Assembly: GCF_001194135.2 (NCBI RefSeq)
Contig: NC_068995.1
Location: 9,503,079 to 9,538,241, forward strand
Origin: Octopus bimaculoides
Taxonomy: Eukaryota
DNA: 35,163 nt
Direction of reading: 5' to 3'
The stretch's first letter is position 1, and the number at the start of each line of letters is the position of its first letter. Positions 1-11,771 of the stretch are shown piece after piece. A program made the translations under genes and the position numbers. The notes under the pieces were generated by a model. That model was not told the DNA's origin, searched no databases, and worked only from the letters and a program-made list of their open reading frames with translations.

Positions 1-803
1 ATATATATATATATATATATATATATACGTACATACACGTCCACCTCCTCGCTCTCATCATACACAAGTATGTTCATATAAAGATGGTGTCACTCGCCAT
101 TATTGTCAGTCCATTAAATCAAAGGTAGATGCTAAGTATAGTCATCTAGTGTTAAATTATCCTCGCCATTCATCTCCAGTAACTCATCGGCGGCTTCTTT
201 TACTGCTTTATTATTTTCTTATAGTTAACGTAAACTATCTGCTCAGACACTTATGTTGCCATGTATGCACACATACACATACATATATACATACATGTAT
301 ATATACATACATATATAAATATATATGAAACATATATGCGTACTTATATATGTATACATACATATGCATATATATATACATATAAGTGTGTGTGTGTGTG
401 TATATATGACTGTGTGGGTGTGTGTAATTAATATGAGTTCTGAAATGTAAGGAAGCGACAAACATTAACGGAACAATGGACTAAATATAAGGCGTAGAAT
501 ATGCTATTTATATAAGATTGTTGCCAGGTACTTCGAAGTTTCGGCAGAAGAGTCTTTTGAAACGGTTTGTTGCAAAAACAGACGCCTGCGGCGAAATTCC
601 AAAATGGTTGTTATCGTTCTTATAATATATGTGTATGTATGTATACATACATACATACAATCATATATATATNNNNNNNNNNNNNNNNNNNNNNNNNNNN
701 NNNNNNNNNNNNNNNNNNNNNNNNNNNNNNNNNNNNNNNNNNNNNNNNNNNNNNNNNNNNNNNNNNNNNNNNNNNNNNNNNNNNNNNNNNNNNNNNNNNN
801 NNN

Positions 804-1052
804 CGGTGCATAATTATTGAGGCTTTTTTTCAACAAATTTTATTCAACGAAAACAATAACAATATTTAACAAAGACATCTTTAAATGACGGTCTGACCGT
901 CTGCCAAGCAAATGGGAAGCAGTAATTGAAGTAGATGGTGAATATGCTCCGGAATAATCATTTAAAGATGTTTTTGTTACGTGTTGTTATTGTTTTTGTT
1001 GAATATAAATTTGCTGGAAAAAAAAAAGCCGCAATAATTATGCACCAACTCA
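804..1052 (+). mobile_element. Mariner-derived non-autonomous element (MITE) with ~85-bp inverted arms
   Basis: Arms 805-888 (GGTGCATAATTATTGAGGCTTTTT...CATCTTTAAATGA) and 958-1046 (TCATTTAAAGATG...GCCGCAATAATTATGCACC) are imperfect reverse complements. The terminus resembles mariner TIRs (TTGGTGCA.AA.TA.TTGCGG). Spacer 889-957 reads RSDRLPSKWEAVIEVDGEYAPE*, matching the mariner transposase C-terminal LP.RW..VI...G.Y motif. The left end abuts an N gap. Confidence 0.85.
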
Positions 1053-1059
1053 GAAGAAA

Positions 1060-1142
1060 AACATTCTAGAAAAACTTGTACCAAGGTTTGGCAGGGAAAT
1101 TTACACAAACAGCAGAATGAGGTGCCACTGCATATTAACAAA
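1060..1142 (+). mobile_element. Inverted continuation of the same LINE
   Basis: Plus strand reads NILEKLVPRFGREIYTNSRMRCHCILTK, the expected continuation (ILEGLVPNFG...T...GR.C) of the minus-strand LINE that ends at WNILE. Confidence 0.65.
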
Positions 1143-1162
1143 AATTATGCACCAACCCAATA
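1143..1162. mobile_element. Second isolated mariner TIR end with terminal TA
   Basis: AATTATGCACCAAC at 1143-1156 is identical to 1036-1049 and continues CCAATA (minus strand TATTGGGTTGGTGCATAATT). Confidence 0.7.
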
Positions 1163-1735
1163 GAATGTTCTAGAATGTTCCAGGTGTATATTACTGCATA
1201 TGTTTCTTGCCTTCTTCCGGGGAATAGAGTTTTAACCGTTTCGGTCTCTCCCAGTAGCTGACATGTCAAATTGAGACAACCTTCTTTGAGAAGTTTCGCT
1301 GGATCGTCTTGAGTTCCGCCGTTAATTTTACAGTTTAGTGACCACAGTTGGGAAGAGTAATCCAAACGGCTGAGGACGAATGTTCTCCAGAGGACCATCA
1401 TGGTTTCCTTTTTACTCGTTCTGAAAGTTGTAAGGATCCATCTAGCCAACTGTCTGCATCTTATTACCAACTTAGTAATATGCACTTGGAAAGAGGCATC
1501 TTTACTCGTGTCGGTGCTCAGGTCGAAATCCATCCTGGGTCAATGTTTCCTCCTGTTTTTCATTCAACTTCGTGTGTTGGCAGCGTAGGGCTCGGAATTT
1601 TCCAGTATTAAACAGTATGTTACTGTCCTCAGCTCACCTGTATATTGCGTCCAACTCCCGTTGCAGATGCGCAACATCTCCATAGTTCTGTATCTTCTGA
1701 GAGACTTTTGTATCATCTGCATAACTAGCAAGGGT
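1163..1735 (-). mobile_element. Decayed LINE ORF2 fragment (RT C-terminal half), CR1/L2 group
   Basis: Minus strand reads LASYADDTKV (YADD at 1723-1712), then ...DASFQVHITKLVIRCRQLARWILTTFRTSKKETMMVLWRTFVLSRLDYSSQLWS...YAVIYTWNILE. These match the CR1-group RT motifs LDYCSQLW and ERY.IIY.WKILE. Stops and frameshifts are present. Confidence 0.9.
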
Positions 1736-2286
1736 ACCTATCTGAATAAAAGAACTTCTTAACCATACAGCTATTCCTAGATAGAAAGAACGAAAAACAG
1801 AAAAACAGACGTNNNNNNNNNNNNNNNNNNNNNNNNNNNNNNNNNNNNNNNNNNNNNNNNNNNNNNNNNNNNNNNNNNNGGGGGGGGGGGGGTGATTGAT
1901 ATTATTTTAAATCAAGTTCAAGAATAAGTACAGACAGAATATTTTGTAAAGAATGACTCAATAGAATCAAATAATTTATTGCTAAAATACTGGTTGTAGG
2001 CACTTTAATGCTTGTCTGACGGTTCCTCCAACAAGTAGAACATGTTCCAGCCTTTATTGGTCTTCATCAGCGACGTGATACCATCCACCAAACCTGCGGA
2101 AGTAATAACGATAGAATAATTAAGTAACTGACTGTCTACTTATTAGTCTAACCGTGTGTGTGTGTGTGTGTGTGCATTCATGCAAGTAATTATGTATGGA
2201 TGTGTTTGTGCACGTATCTGTATATACATATGTCTCTACACATACAAAGACACACGCATATAGATGTACATATGCATACATATATG

Positions 2287-2389
<103 letters not shown>

Positions 2390-3251
2390 NNNNNNNNNNN
2401 NNNNNNNNNNNNNNNNNNNNNNNNNNNNNNNNNNNNNNNNNNNNNNNNNNNNNNNNNNNNNNNNNNNNNNNNNNNNNNNNNNNNNNNNNNNNNNNNNNNN
2501 NNNNNNNNNNNNNNNNNNNNNNNNNNNNNNNNNNNNNNNNNNNNNNNNNNNNNNNNNNNNNNNNNNNNNNNNNNNNNNNNNNNNNNNNNNNNNNNNNNNN
2601 NNNNNNNNNNNNNNNNNNNNNNNNNNNNNNNNNNNNNNNNNNNNNNNNNNNNNNNNNNNNNNNNNNNNNNNNNNNNNNNNNNNNNNNNNNNNNNNNNNNN
2701 NNNNNNNNNNNNNNNNNNNNNNNNNNNNNNNNNNNNNNNNNNNNNNNNNNNNNNNNNNNNNNNNNNNNNNNNNNNNNNNNNNNNNNNNNNNNNNNNNNNN
2801 NNNNNNNNNNNNNNNNNNNNNNNNNNNNNNNNNNNNNNNNNNNNNNNNNNNNNNNNNNNNNNNNNNNNNNNNNNNNNNNNNNNNNNNNNNNNNNNNNNNN
2901 NNNNNNNNNNNNNNNNNNNNNNNNNNNNNNNNNNNNNNNNNNNNNNNNNNNNNNNNNNNNNNNNNNNNNNNNNNNNNNNNNNNNNNNNNNNNNNNNNNNN
3001 NNNNNNNNNNNNNNNCCTTAAGGCCTTTTCCACGTCTCATTGTTCTTAGTGAGGAGAGATGCTATTAGCGCGGTTCACACAAAAACTGAAGAATCTGAAA
3101 TAAAAAACCAAAGGACGTTACACAGAATAATGAAAACATAACAATGGCGTTGCCATGGTGTGCAAACCAGCTGGGAAAAGTTTTATCAAAATCGATTCAC
3201 AGAAAACCGAGAAATCCTAGATTTCACCTCTAAGCTATTGGCGTGGCTTTG

Positions 3252-3301
<50 letters not shown>

Positions 3302-3303
<2 letters not shown>

Positions 3304-3462
3304 ACGGTTTTCTTCCAGTTTCCGCCAACCAAATTCATTCACAAGGCCTTGGTCGACCCAAGACTATAGTAAAAGTCACTTGCCCAAGGTGCCACATGGT
3401 GGGACTGAAACCGTAAACCATGTGGTTGGGAAGCTAGCTTCTTACAACACAGCCACGCCCGT
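3302..3462 (-). mobile_element. tRNA-derived SINE family B, 5' half
   Basis: Homologous to 18446-18609. A box TGGCTGTGTTG, B-box-like GGTTTCAGTCCC, core GGCACCTTGGGCAAGTG; ends at a (TA)n/(CA)n tract. Confidence 0.85.
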
Positions 3463-3520
3463 AATAATTAAATTTTATATTATGAACTTTATTGTGTTAT
3501 CTTCTGCAGCTGATCGCCAG

Positions 3521-3583
3521 GTCCGTGGAAAAATTCTCTTGCCTAAGACCAGTCTTTAGTGCCAAAATTGTTAGGAACCGCTG
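3521..3583 (+). mobile_element. hAT/Charlie-type DNA transposon right terminus (MER1/Charlie3-like)
   Basis: GTCCGTGGAAAAATTCTCTT...GTGCCAAAATTGTTAGGAACCGCTG aligns without gaps to my recollection of the MER1/Charlie3 3' end and ends in the hAT CTG terminus. Confidence 0.6.
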
Positions 3584-3906
3584 CCTTACAGCCAACTGCG
3601 ACTGACAATATCCGTACAATCCCAGAAAATGCTTGTTGTACTTGACGCAATTCCGTTTAAAGTCTTGATTTCACCCTTCGCGATGTATATATGTGTGTTA
3701 CATAGTATAGTTATAGTAAGCAGCTTTGTAAAGTCTTCGATGATTTTACCAAAGATGAATTCCATGTCACTATAAGCACTAATTTAATCATGTTTTACAT
3801 CCGTTTGACGAATTCACTTCGACGAAACATGCAATATTTCGTTAGGAATTATTAAATCTAATCCATATATGCATTCGTATATGACTATGTATGCATGTAT
3901 GTATGA

Positions 3907-3943
<37 letters not shown>

Positions 3944-4015
3944 TGTATGCATGTATGAATGGATGAATGTAAGTATACATACATACGTGCATGTATGTAT
4001 GAATATATGTATGTG

Positions 4016-4090
<75 letters not shown>

Positions 4091-4143
4091 AATGACAGAT
4101 GCTTAGAATAGAAAAGAAGACTGATGAGTGTTTATATGTGTGT

Positions 4144-4687
4144 CTGTGTGTGTATGAGGTAGAGAGAGAGAGAGAGAGAGAGAGAGTGAGACAGACAGAC
4201 AGACAGACAGCCAGACAGAAGGAAAGAAAGAGAAAACGAGAGGGAGAAAGAGGAAAGGAATGAGAGAGAGACAGAGAGGAGGCAACATAGTGGAGGATAG
4301 GGAGATAGAGAGAAGTGGTGTGGCTTTAGTAGAGAGATGGAACCAGAGAGAGAGTGAGAGAGAGATACTGAGAGAGAGAGATACTGAGAGAGATAGATAC
4401 TGAGAGAGAGAGATACTGAGAGAGAGAGATACTGAGAGAGAGAGATACTGAGAGAGAGAGATACTGAGAGAGAGAGATACTGAGAGAGAGAGATAAATTG
4501 ATAGACAGATAAAGAGAGAGAGGTAGACAGAGGGAGAGAAATAGAGAGAGAGGGAGAGAGGGGGCAGAGAGAGAGACAGGAAGGCAGAGGATGAGAGAAA
4601 GAGGAGTGGCGGGATTATTATCAGGAACATGGAATCAGAGATGAACACGCCGATAGATGAGACACAGGCAAAATGGATAGAGATACT

Positions 4688-4784
<97 letters not shown>

Positions 4785-4890
4785 AGAGAGGGAGAGAGAA
4801 GGAGAGAGGGAGAGAGAAGGAGAGAGGGAGAGAGAAGGAGAGGGGGAGAGAGAAGGAGAGAGGGAGAGAGAAGGAGAGAGGGAGGGCTGT
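4144..4890. repeat. Purine-rich compound (GA)n tract with 16-18 bp minisatellites
   Basis: (GA)n and (GACA)n, about 8 copies of GAGATACTGAGAGAGA at 4360-4482, and AAGGAGAGAGGGAGAGAG units at 4779-4885. Confidence 0.95.
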
Positions 4891-6069
4891 GAGTAAGAGA
4901 TAATCGGATTTAGAAAGCAGTTTTAGAAAATATGGCAGTAAATCTTTGAACGTTTCAGCTTGGTTTAACAGATTTGACAAAGTTTAGTTCGTAAAAATTT
5001 TTTTTTAATTCATACATACATATATACATACATACATACACAAATACATACATATATATGTGCATACATACATACATACATGCGGGCATACACACATACA
5101 TACATACATACATACATACATACATGTACATATATATGTGTGTGTGTATTTATACTTGCATACATGTAGATTTACATAATTTACATATACTTGCATATAT
5201 GTAGATTTATATAACATAAACACATAAATACCTACATTGATATTTATATACATACACATAGATATTCATATATATACATACATATATATATACATATCTT
5301 CGCACACATATCTATGTTGGTATACACATACGTATAACGCATTCATAAACACACACACATTTCCATATACATATACAAATACATACATATATATATACAT
5401 ACATACATACATACATATATATATTTTATATATTTCATATATATATATATATATACACGAAATACATACACATATAATAAATATATATATTTCATATATA
5501 TATATATATATATATTATTTCCGTTTGTCCCTTCGACTTTTTTTCTAATCCTTCAATCCCGCTCTCCCTACCCCTCTCTCTTCCTTCCACGTGACCAGCG
5601 TCCAGCCAGCCATGATCTTTCTTTCTTAGCCTGACTGCCGACCGCTAACATTTCCTATGTTTCTGCCTTTAGGCTTTCACTTCATACACGCCAGCTCTAT
5701 TTGATTCATTCTCAGTCGAAAGACACCTGTTGTCATATTCTTGTTGTTTGTAATTGTAACTGTGTACCATGTTCTCCATTTTTTGTCTTTGTTATATATC
5801 TATCTATATTATATATGTGTGTGTATATATATATGTATATATAGATAGGTAGATGCATGCAAACATACATGCATACATACATACATACATACATAGCTTT
5901 ACTGGTGTTTTGAGCTGTTTTTGTTGGTGTTGTTTATATGCAAGACTTTTCTCGAGTTTAAAATGTGACACTGCTTTTATTATCCACATTCCAACGATGG
6001 AGCATTGCGTTTTCGTTAGAAACCAGCTCCTTCTTTAGAAGAAGAATTAAAATAATCAATAATAGAATA

Positions 6070-6103
<34 letters not shown>

Positions 6104-6106
6104 CAT

Positions 6107-6181
<75 letters not shown>

Positions 6182-6886
6182 CACATATGTGTGTAAGAAG
6201 AGCGTTGTAGTTCACTTGAAGCATTTTGATTCAGAAGTAAGATAACAAGACGAAAGAGAGGTTCTAACACTGAGAGTTTCTAATACTGAGAGCTTGTGGT
6301 AAAGGCCAAGTTGAATAACCTTTCTATTTTTCTTGCATAAAGACTCATCTTCAGAGGTGAACGGTTTAGAAATATGTGTTTATGTAAATCCTGCTATGTA
6401 ATTTGAAAATACAAGGCAGAATTTTAGCAGATTGGGCGATCATATTGATGCTCTGCCATTCGCTCATGAGATCGTTTAAGCGTTTAGAAGAAGGTTTAAT
6501 TAAAACCTTGATTTAATTGATCTATCGTTGTAGATAGAAAGGTGGATAATTGCCAGTTATAAACACTGGCTAAATTATAGTCTCCTGTAGTTTTCAGCTC
6601 TTAACAAATTTACCTTACATCATACAACTTGGTACAGTTAAACACAAATGTGCGCGCACACACACAGATTACACAAACATACACATACACACAGATGCAA
6701 AACTCACGTATATACGCAAAAACATACAATTGTCCACCTTTCCTTCTATTTTACTTTGATTCGTTCCCTGTCTATCTATCTATCTAACTATCTATCTATC
6801 AATCAGTCTGTCTGTGTGTCTGTATCGAAGACAGATGTATAAACGAACAAGCAGGTGCGTTAGTTTGACGATCGGGAGGTTGAGAA

Positions 6887-6925
6887 AGTCTTTTACGTTT
6901 CGAGCCTATGCTCTTCAACAGAAAG
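6887..6925 (-). ncRNA. Near-intact minimal hammerhead ribozyme motif (A6->U)
   Basis: Minus strand: CUUU CUGUUGA A GAGC-AUAG-GCUC GAAAC GU A AAAG. Stems I and II pair; the core reads CUGUUGA instead of CUGANGA. Confidence 0.6.
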
Positions 6926-7050
6926 GAACATGATGAAATAAACAGAGGGAGAATACAAACAGAGAGAGAATTTTTCAAATGTGGATTTACCGGTCAATAC
7001 ATACAAATATAACATAAATATAGTTATTTGTATATATACGTATCTATGTA

Positions 7051-7103
<53 letters not shown>

Positions 7104-7187
7104 ATATATATACATTTGTATGTATTTATACATGTATATACGCTAATAGATAGACACACAGACATTCACGCAAGAAGAAAACATACA

Positions 7188-7280
7188 CCAGAAAACATTT
7201 GTCCAATATGCTGCACAATAGGATCGAAACTGGAACCGCATCGTTTATGAGAATCAAATTACTTAACCAAGAACGCCATA
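7188..7280 (-). mobile_element. Highly degenerate SINE family B head
   Basis: GAAAACATTTGTCCAATATGCTGCACAATAGGATCGAAACTGGAACC resembles family B GAAGACACTTGCCCAAGGTGCCACGCAGTGGGACTGAACCCGGAACC. Confidence 0.5.
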
Positions 7281-7524
7281 TCTTTGACTACTCATACAAT
7301 ATCATAAATACAGGTGTTTATCAATATAATGGCTTTCCTGATCTGTGCACTACAGCAGATAAACTGGTATTTAGTTAAACAGACAGACTTTACTTTACTT
7401 TGGGTTAAAAGATTTGCCAAATCTCAATGAATCCATGTGAATCTTTCGTAGCCATCTAAACAGAAATATCTCAATCGCTTTTACAATGGATTCTTTATCT
7501 CCTTTTAATCTCTTCTCGCTCATA

Positions 7525-7556
<32 letters not shown>

Positions 7557-7587
7557 TTAACTCTCTCTCTTTATCTCTCTCTCTCTT

Positions 7588-7618
<31 letters not shown>

Positions 7619-7624
7619 TTCTCT
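7525..7624. repeat. (TC)n microsatellite
   Basis: Directly visible dinucleotide run with interruptions. Confidence 0.95.
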
Positions 7625-7952
7625 CCGTTTTGTCTATTGGCCACTAATTCACCCATTCTTTCCCATCTACTTTCTCGTCACATCTCTTTCATTCTCGCTT
7701 TCACACTGCATCCACTGTCAACATATATGCATCTGTATATGTATATGTGTGCGCGTGTTAATATATATATATGCATGTGTATGTATGTATATATATATAT
7801 GTGTGTGTATGCCTGTATACTTATATATATATATATATATATATATGAAGATGTATATACATATATAAGCAAATACATATCTACATAGAAATGTATATGT
7901 ATATATCTATGCGTCTATACCCATTCATATATATATACATACGCAAATTGAG

Positions 7953-7993
<41 letters not shown>

Positions 7994-8490
7994 TATATGC
8001 ATATGTATCATTCACTATTGTCTGGTCAGTCATTATATTCGCGTGCTTATATAGGTGCGTTTGCATGTATGCAGGCGCCTGACAGTGTTCATGGATGTGC
8101 ACGTATATCTCTCAGTATGTATTCATTTGTAGTTTGATTCCACGTGCAACAGGGAGCAAATGTTCAATATACATTTTTCGCATGAAATCGTAGTGACTGT
8201 AACATTTATATATTCGTGAATAGATGTGTGTGAGAGAGAGAGAGAGATGGGGAGAGAGTCAGTGCGTAAATGCGTGTTTATGTAATGCATTTAATCCATG
8301 CTCTGTCCACTTCCTGTCCGTTTAAAATCGTAGATATCCGGTTGGATAATCTATGTGAACCCATGGGTAGGATTTAATGTATTAAGTCACAAAATACACG
8401 CACGGACACATAAAAATATATATACATATATATACAAATGTATATACATATACAGGCATTCACGCATGCACCCCCGTAAGCATACAATCG

Positions 8491-8553
<63 letters not shown>

Positions 8554-8743
8554 TTAAGATTTGAAGATTAGTCATCTATTAGTGGAATTATGTATTTACT
8601 TTATGATAGTCACCCAAGTTTCCGATGTTGAGATATATTACTTAAAATTATCTCCATGTATATACACACACGTCTGAAAGTCGAATGTATAATATCACAC
8701 ATATATACATATCTATGAGTGTGTGCATATATATATCATATGT

Positions 8744-8802
<59 letters not shown>

Positions 8803-8815
8803 ATACATGGATACG

Positions 8816-8846
<31 letters not shown>

Positions 8847-10019
8847 ATGTGTATATGTACAGATATATGATGATAAATAGATAGATAGATAGATTATCAT
8901 ATATCTGTACGTCTATACATCCAACTAACCAATGGCGCAAACACAAACACATTCACACAAAAACACCTATATAAAATTATAAATCTATATGAATGTGTAT
9001 ATGTAAATATGTGCATATTTATTTTTGTGTTTGTGTGAATGCATAATCATATGTATATAGGTACGTTTGCATACATACATACACACACACATATATGTAT
9101 GTATGAATCTATGTATGTATGTACGTTTATACAATCCTCGCCGTTTCTTCGATGCTAACTAATGACAATATTAATTTTTCGATACTTCGATAATGTCAAA
9201 CAATCACAAGAAGTAAAACCAATAAAAACATAAACGAATATAAAATAATATTCAAACAATGCTGAGTGGTGAGTGGTGAGTGATGAATAGCGAATGGACA
9301 ACGGCGAAATGGCGAATGTTGGATGGTGGCTTCAAGACCAACTTAAAAGTTCGGTCTTAGGTTATCGTGGTAGTATTGATGTATTCTTATATTGAAGTAG
9401 CCAGGAGATTGTATTTAAGGCACGATATCATATCCATAGTGTTATTCACATAGGATTTGGTGATTTGATAACTATAATGGGCGACATGACAATCCGTTAT
9501 GTTTAGCTAGATTCTAGCGCCATGAAGCTATATCTATCGTCTGCTTGTTTAAGGAAAATGCAACAACACGCTTTGGCGCCTGGCAAAACTAAGCCGTGAG
9601 ATTTTCATAACGTAAAGTTGGTTGGGGTGTTTTTTGTTTTGTTTGTTTTGTTTTTTTTCTACTTGGTTTATTTATTATATTCTAAGTTTGACAAATCCAG
9701 TAAAGAGCTGATAGTAAGAGCAATAATGACTACTACGACAACTACAACGAATATGACCACTACAGATTCTAAAACTGCTATTACGAACAATGGTAGCAAC
9801 AAAATTAAACCAGTGTGTGTGTATGTGTGTGTGTGTGTGTGTGTGTGTAAATGTACTTGAAGATATACGCGAACATGCGTATGTGTGAGTATATATGCAT
9901 ACGCATACGCCTGTATCATCTTTAATAGATACGCGTGTACGTATGGGTTTATTTATACAGACGCACGCACACTTATATTTGTATTACATGAACAGACACA
10001 CAGATAAACAGGGAAATAA

Positions 10020-10152
<133 letters not shown>

Positions 10153-10407
10153 AAGAAAATGGATATTACATGTACATATATATATCTAGACATACATATA
10201 TTATATATAAAATATTTATATATGCATACTTATACATATAAACGTGTGTGTGCTTTTGTGTGTGTAAGTGTGTGTGTGTGTGTACATATATACGTGTATG
10301 TGTGTATGTGTGTTTGTGTGTATGTGTGTATGAGTTTGTGTACATGTAAAAGTAGTGCATGATGGAAAATTGGTTGGAGGGCGCTGGACGAAAATAAAAT
10401 TGAAGAC

Positions 10408-10477
<70 letters not shown>

Positions 10478-10494
10478 GCAACAACAACAATAAT
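10408..10494. repeat. (AAT)n/(CAA)n microsatellite
   Basis: Directly visible. Confidence 0.97.
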
Positions 10495-11269
10495 CTAGAA
10501 AAATGAACGTAAGAATAAACGAAATGAAAAGGAAATGCAATGAGAAAAAGAAATCGTAAGCAATATTTTAGATTTCTGAATGCGGTTCTCTATCAGAGAC
10601 TTGGCAGTGAATTCTATAAAACAAAGCATTAAAATGTTTTAAGAACTCAAGAACAGGGATTGTTTTGGTGTAAATAGTTAAAAGTGATTCCATATTTAGA
10701 AATATAAATAATATGGCGACGAAGGTAACGAAAACGGCGTGCTAGGTTTAGTATGGTGGCATATAGGAAATCCGGTATTTTTGAAGATGTGCTATAGGCT
10801 TAGATAAAACCAACGTACATAAGATTTTCATTATATAATGCAAGTTAGTGAAAGCATTAAAGATTTAGCTAGATATTTTGGTTAATGGAAGATTTACAAT
10901 ATCTCAAATATTATGTGTTTCTTCTTCTTCTCCATGTTGCATCGTGTGGTATTATTGCGTTGCTGTTATTATATTATGGCTGTTTGGGTTGGGTCTTTTT
11001 TATGTGTGTGCTTGTGTGTGTATGTATGTGTGTTTATTGTCATTATTTGAGTGTTTAGGAGAGTTATACATATATGTGTATATATAAATTCAACCCTCTT
11101 CAAAAAATTTTCTGAGTTTGCGCTAATGTAAGATAGATAGATAGATAGATAGATAGATAAAAAAAATTCTAAAAAACGAACAGACACAAGAAAAAACACA
11201 AAAAACAATAACACGAGGACGTGGTACATGTAAAGTATTAACAGACGCTCAGGGAAGGAAAGAAAGGTG

Positions 11270-11304
11270 GTTTTACGTTTCGAACAAAGCTCTTCTTCAG
11301 AAAC
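11270..11304 (-). ncRNA. Minimal type I hammerhead ribozyme motif, intact core
   Basis: Minus strand: GUUU CUGAAGA A GAGC-UUU-GUUC GAAAC GU A AAAC. Stem I GUUU/AAAC; stem II GAGC/GUUC with one G-U pair; palindromic ACGU stem III; GUA cleavage triplet. Confidence 0.7.
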
Positions 11305-11308
11305 AGAG

Positions 11309-11341
<33 letters not shown>

Positions 11342-11771
11342 NNNNNNNNNNNNNNNNNNNNNNNNNNNNNNNNNNNATATATATTTACACACGTAAGCAT
11401 GCATGTCTGTATATGGTTGTATGTGTGCGTGAGTACGGGCATGCATGCCTGTATAGTTGCGTGAGCATTATATTTATCAGTATGAAATTCCGAGGAAAGA
11501 TATTTGCATATTATAAATGTCCTGTTTCATTTGCATACTGTTTATAGGTATATGAGTGTATAATTATACATACATACATACACACATACACACACATACG
11601 CATATATACATCTCTGTGTATACACATGCATGTTTATACTCATGCATACATAAGCATAGAAAGGAGGATAGACATAGCCATATACACACTTATATACACA
11701 CAGAGTATAGAATAATTTAGTTAGGTTCACACTACGGAACGGAATTAGAGACCTGTTGTATTTATGAATGT

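Noticed and set aside
5995-6040. CUAAAGA...CGAAA on the minus strand, and CUGAAGA at 3086 and 6348
   Set aside because: The core is mutated or no stem II / GAAAC-GUH arrangement is present; not supportable as hammerheads.
7391-7519. Minus-strand 42-codon ORF MSEKRLKGDKESIVKAIEIFLFRWLRKIHMDSLRFGKSFNPK
   Set aside because: It is short, starts within a GA tract and matches nothing I recognise; probably a repeat remnant or chance.
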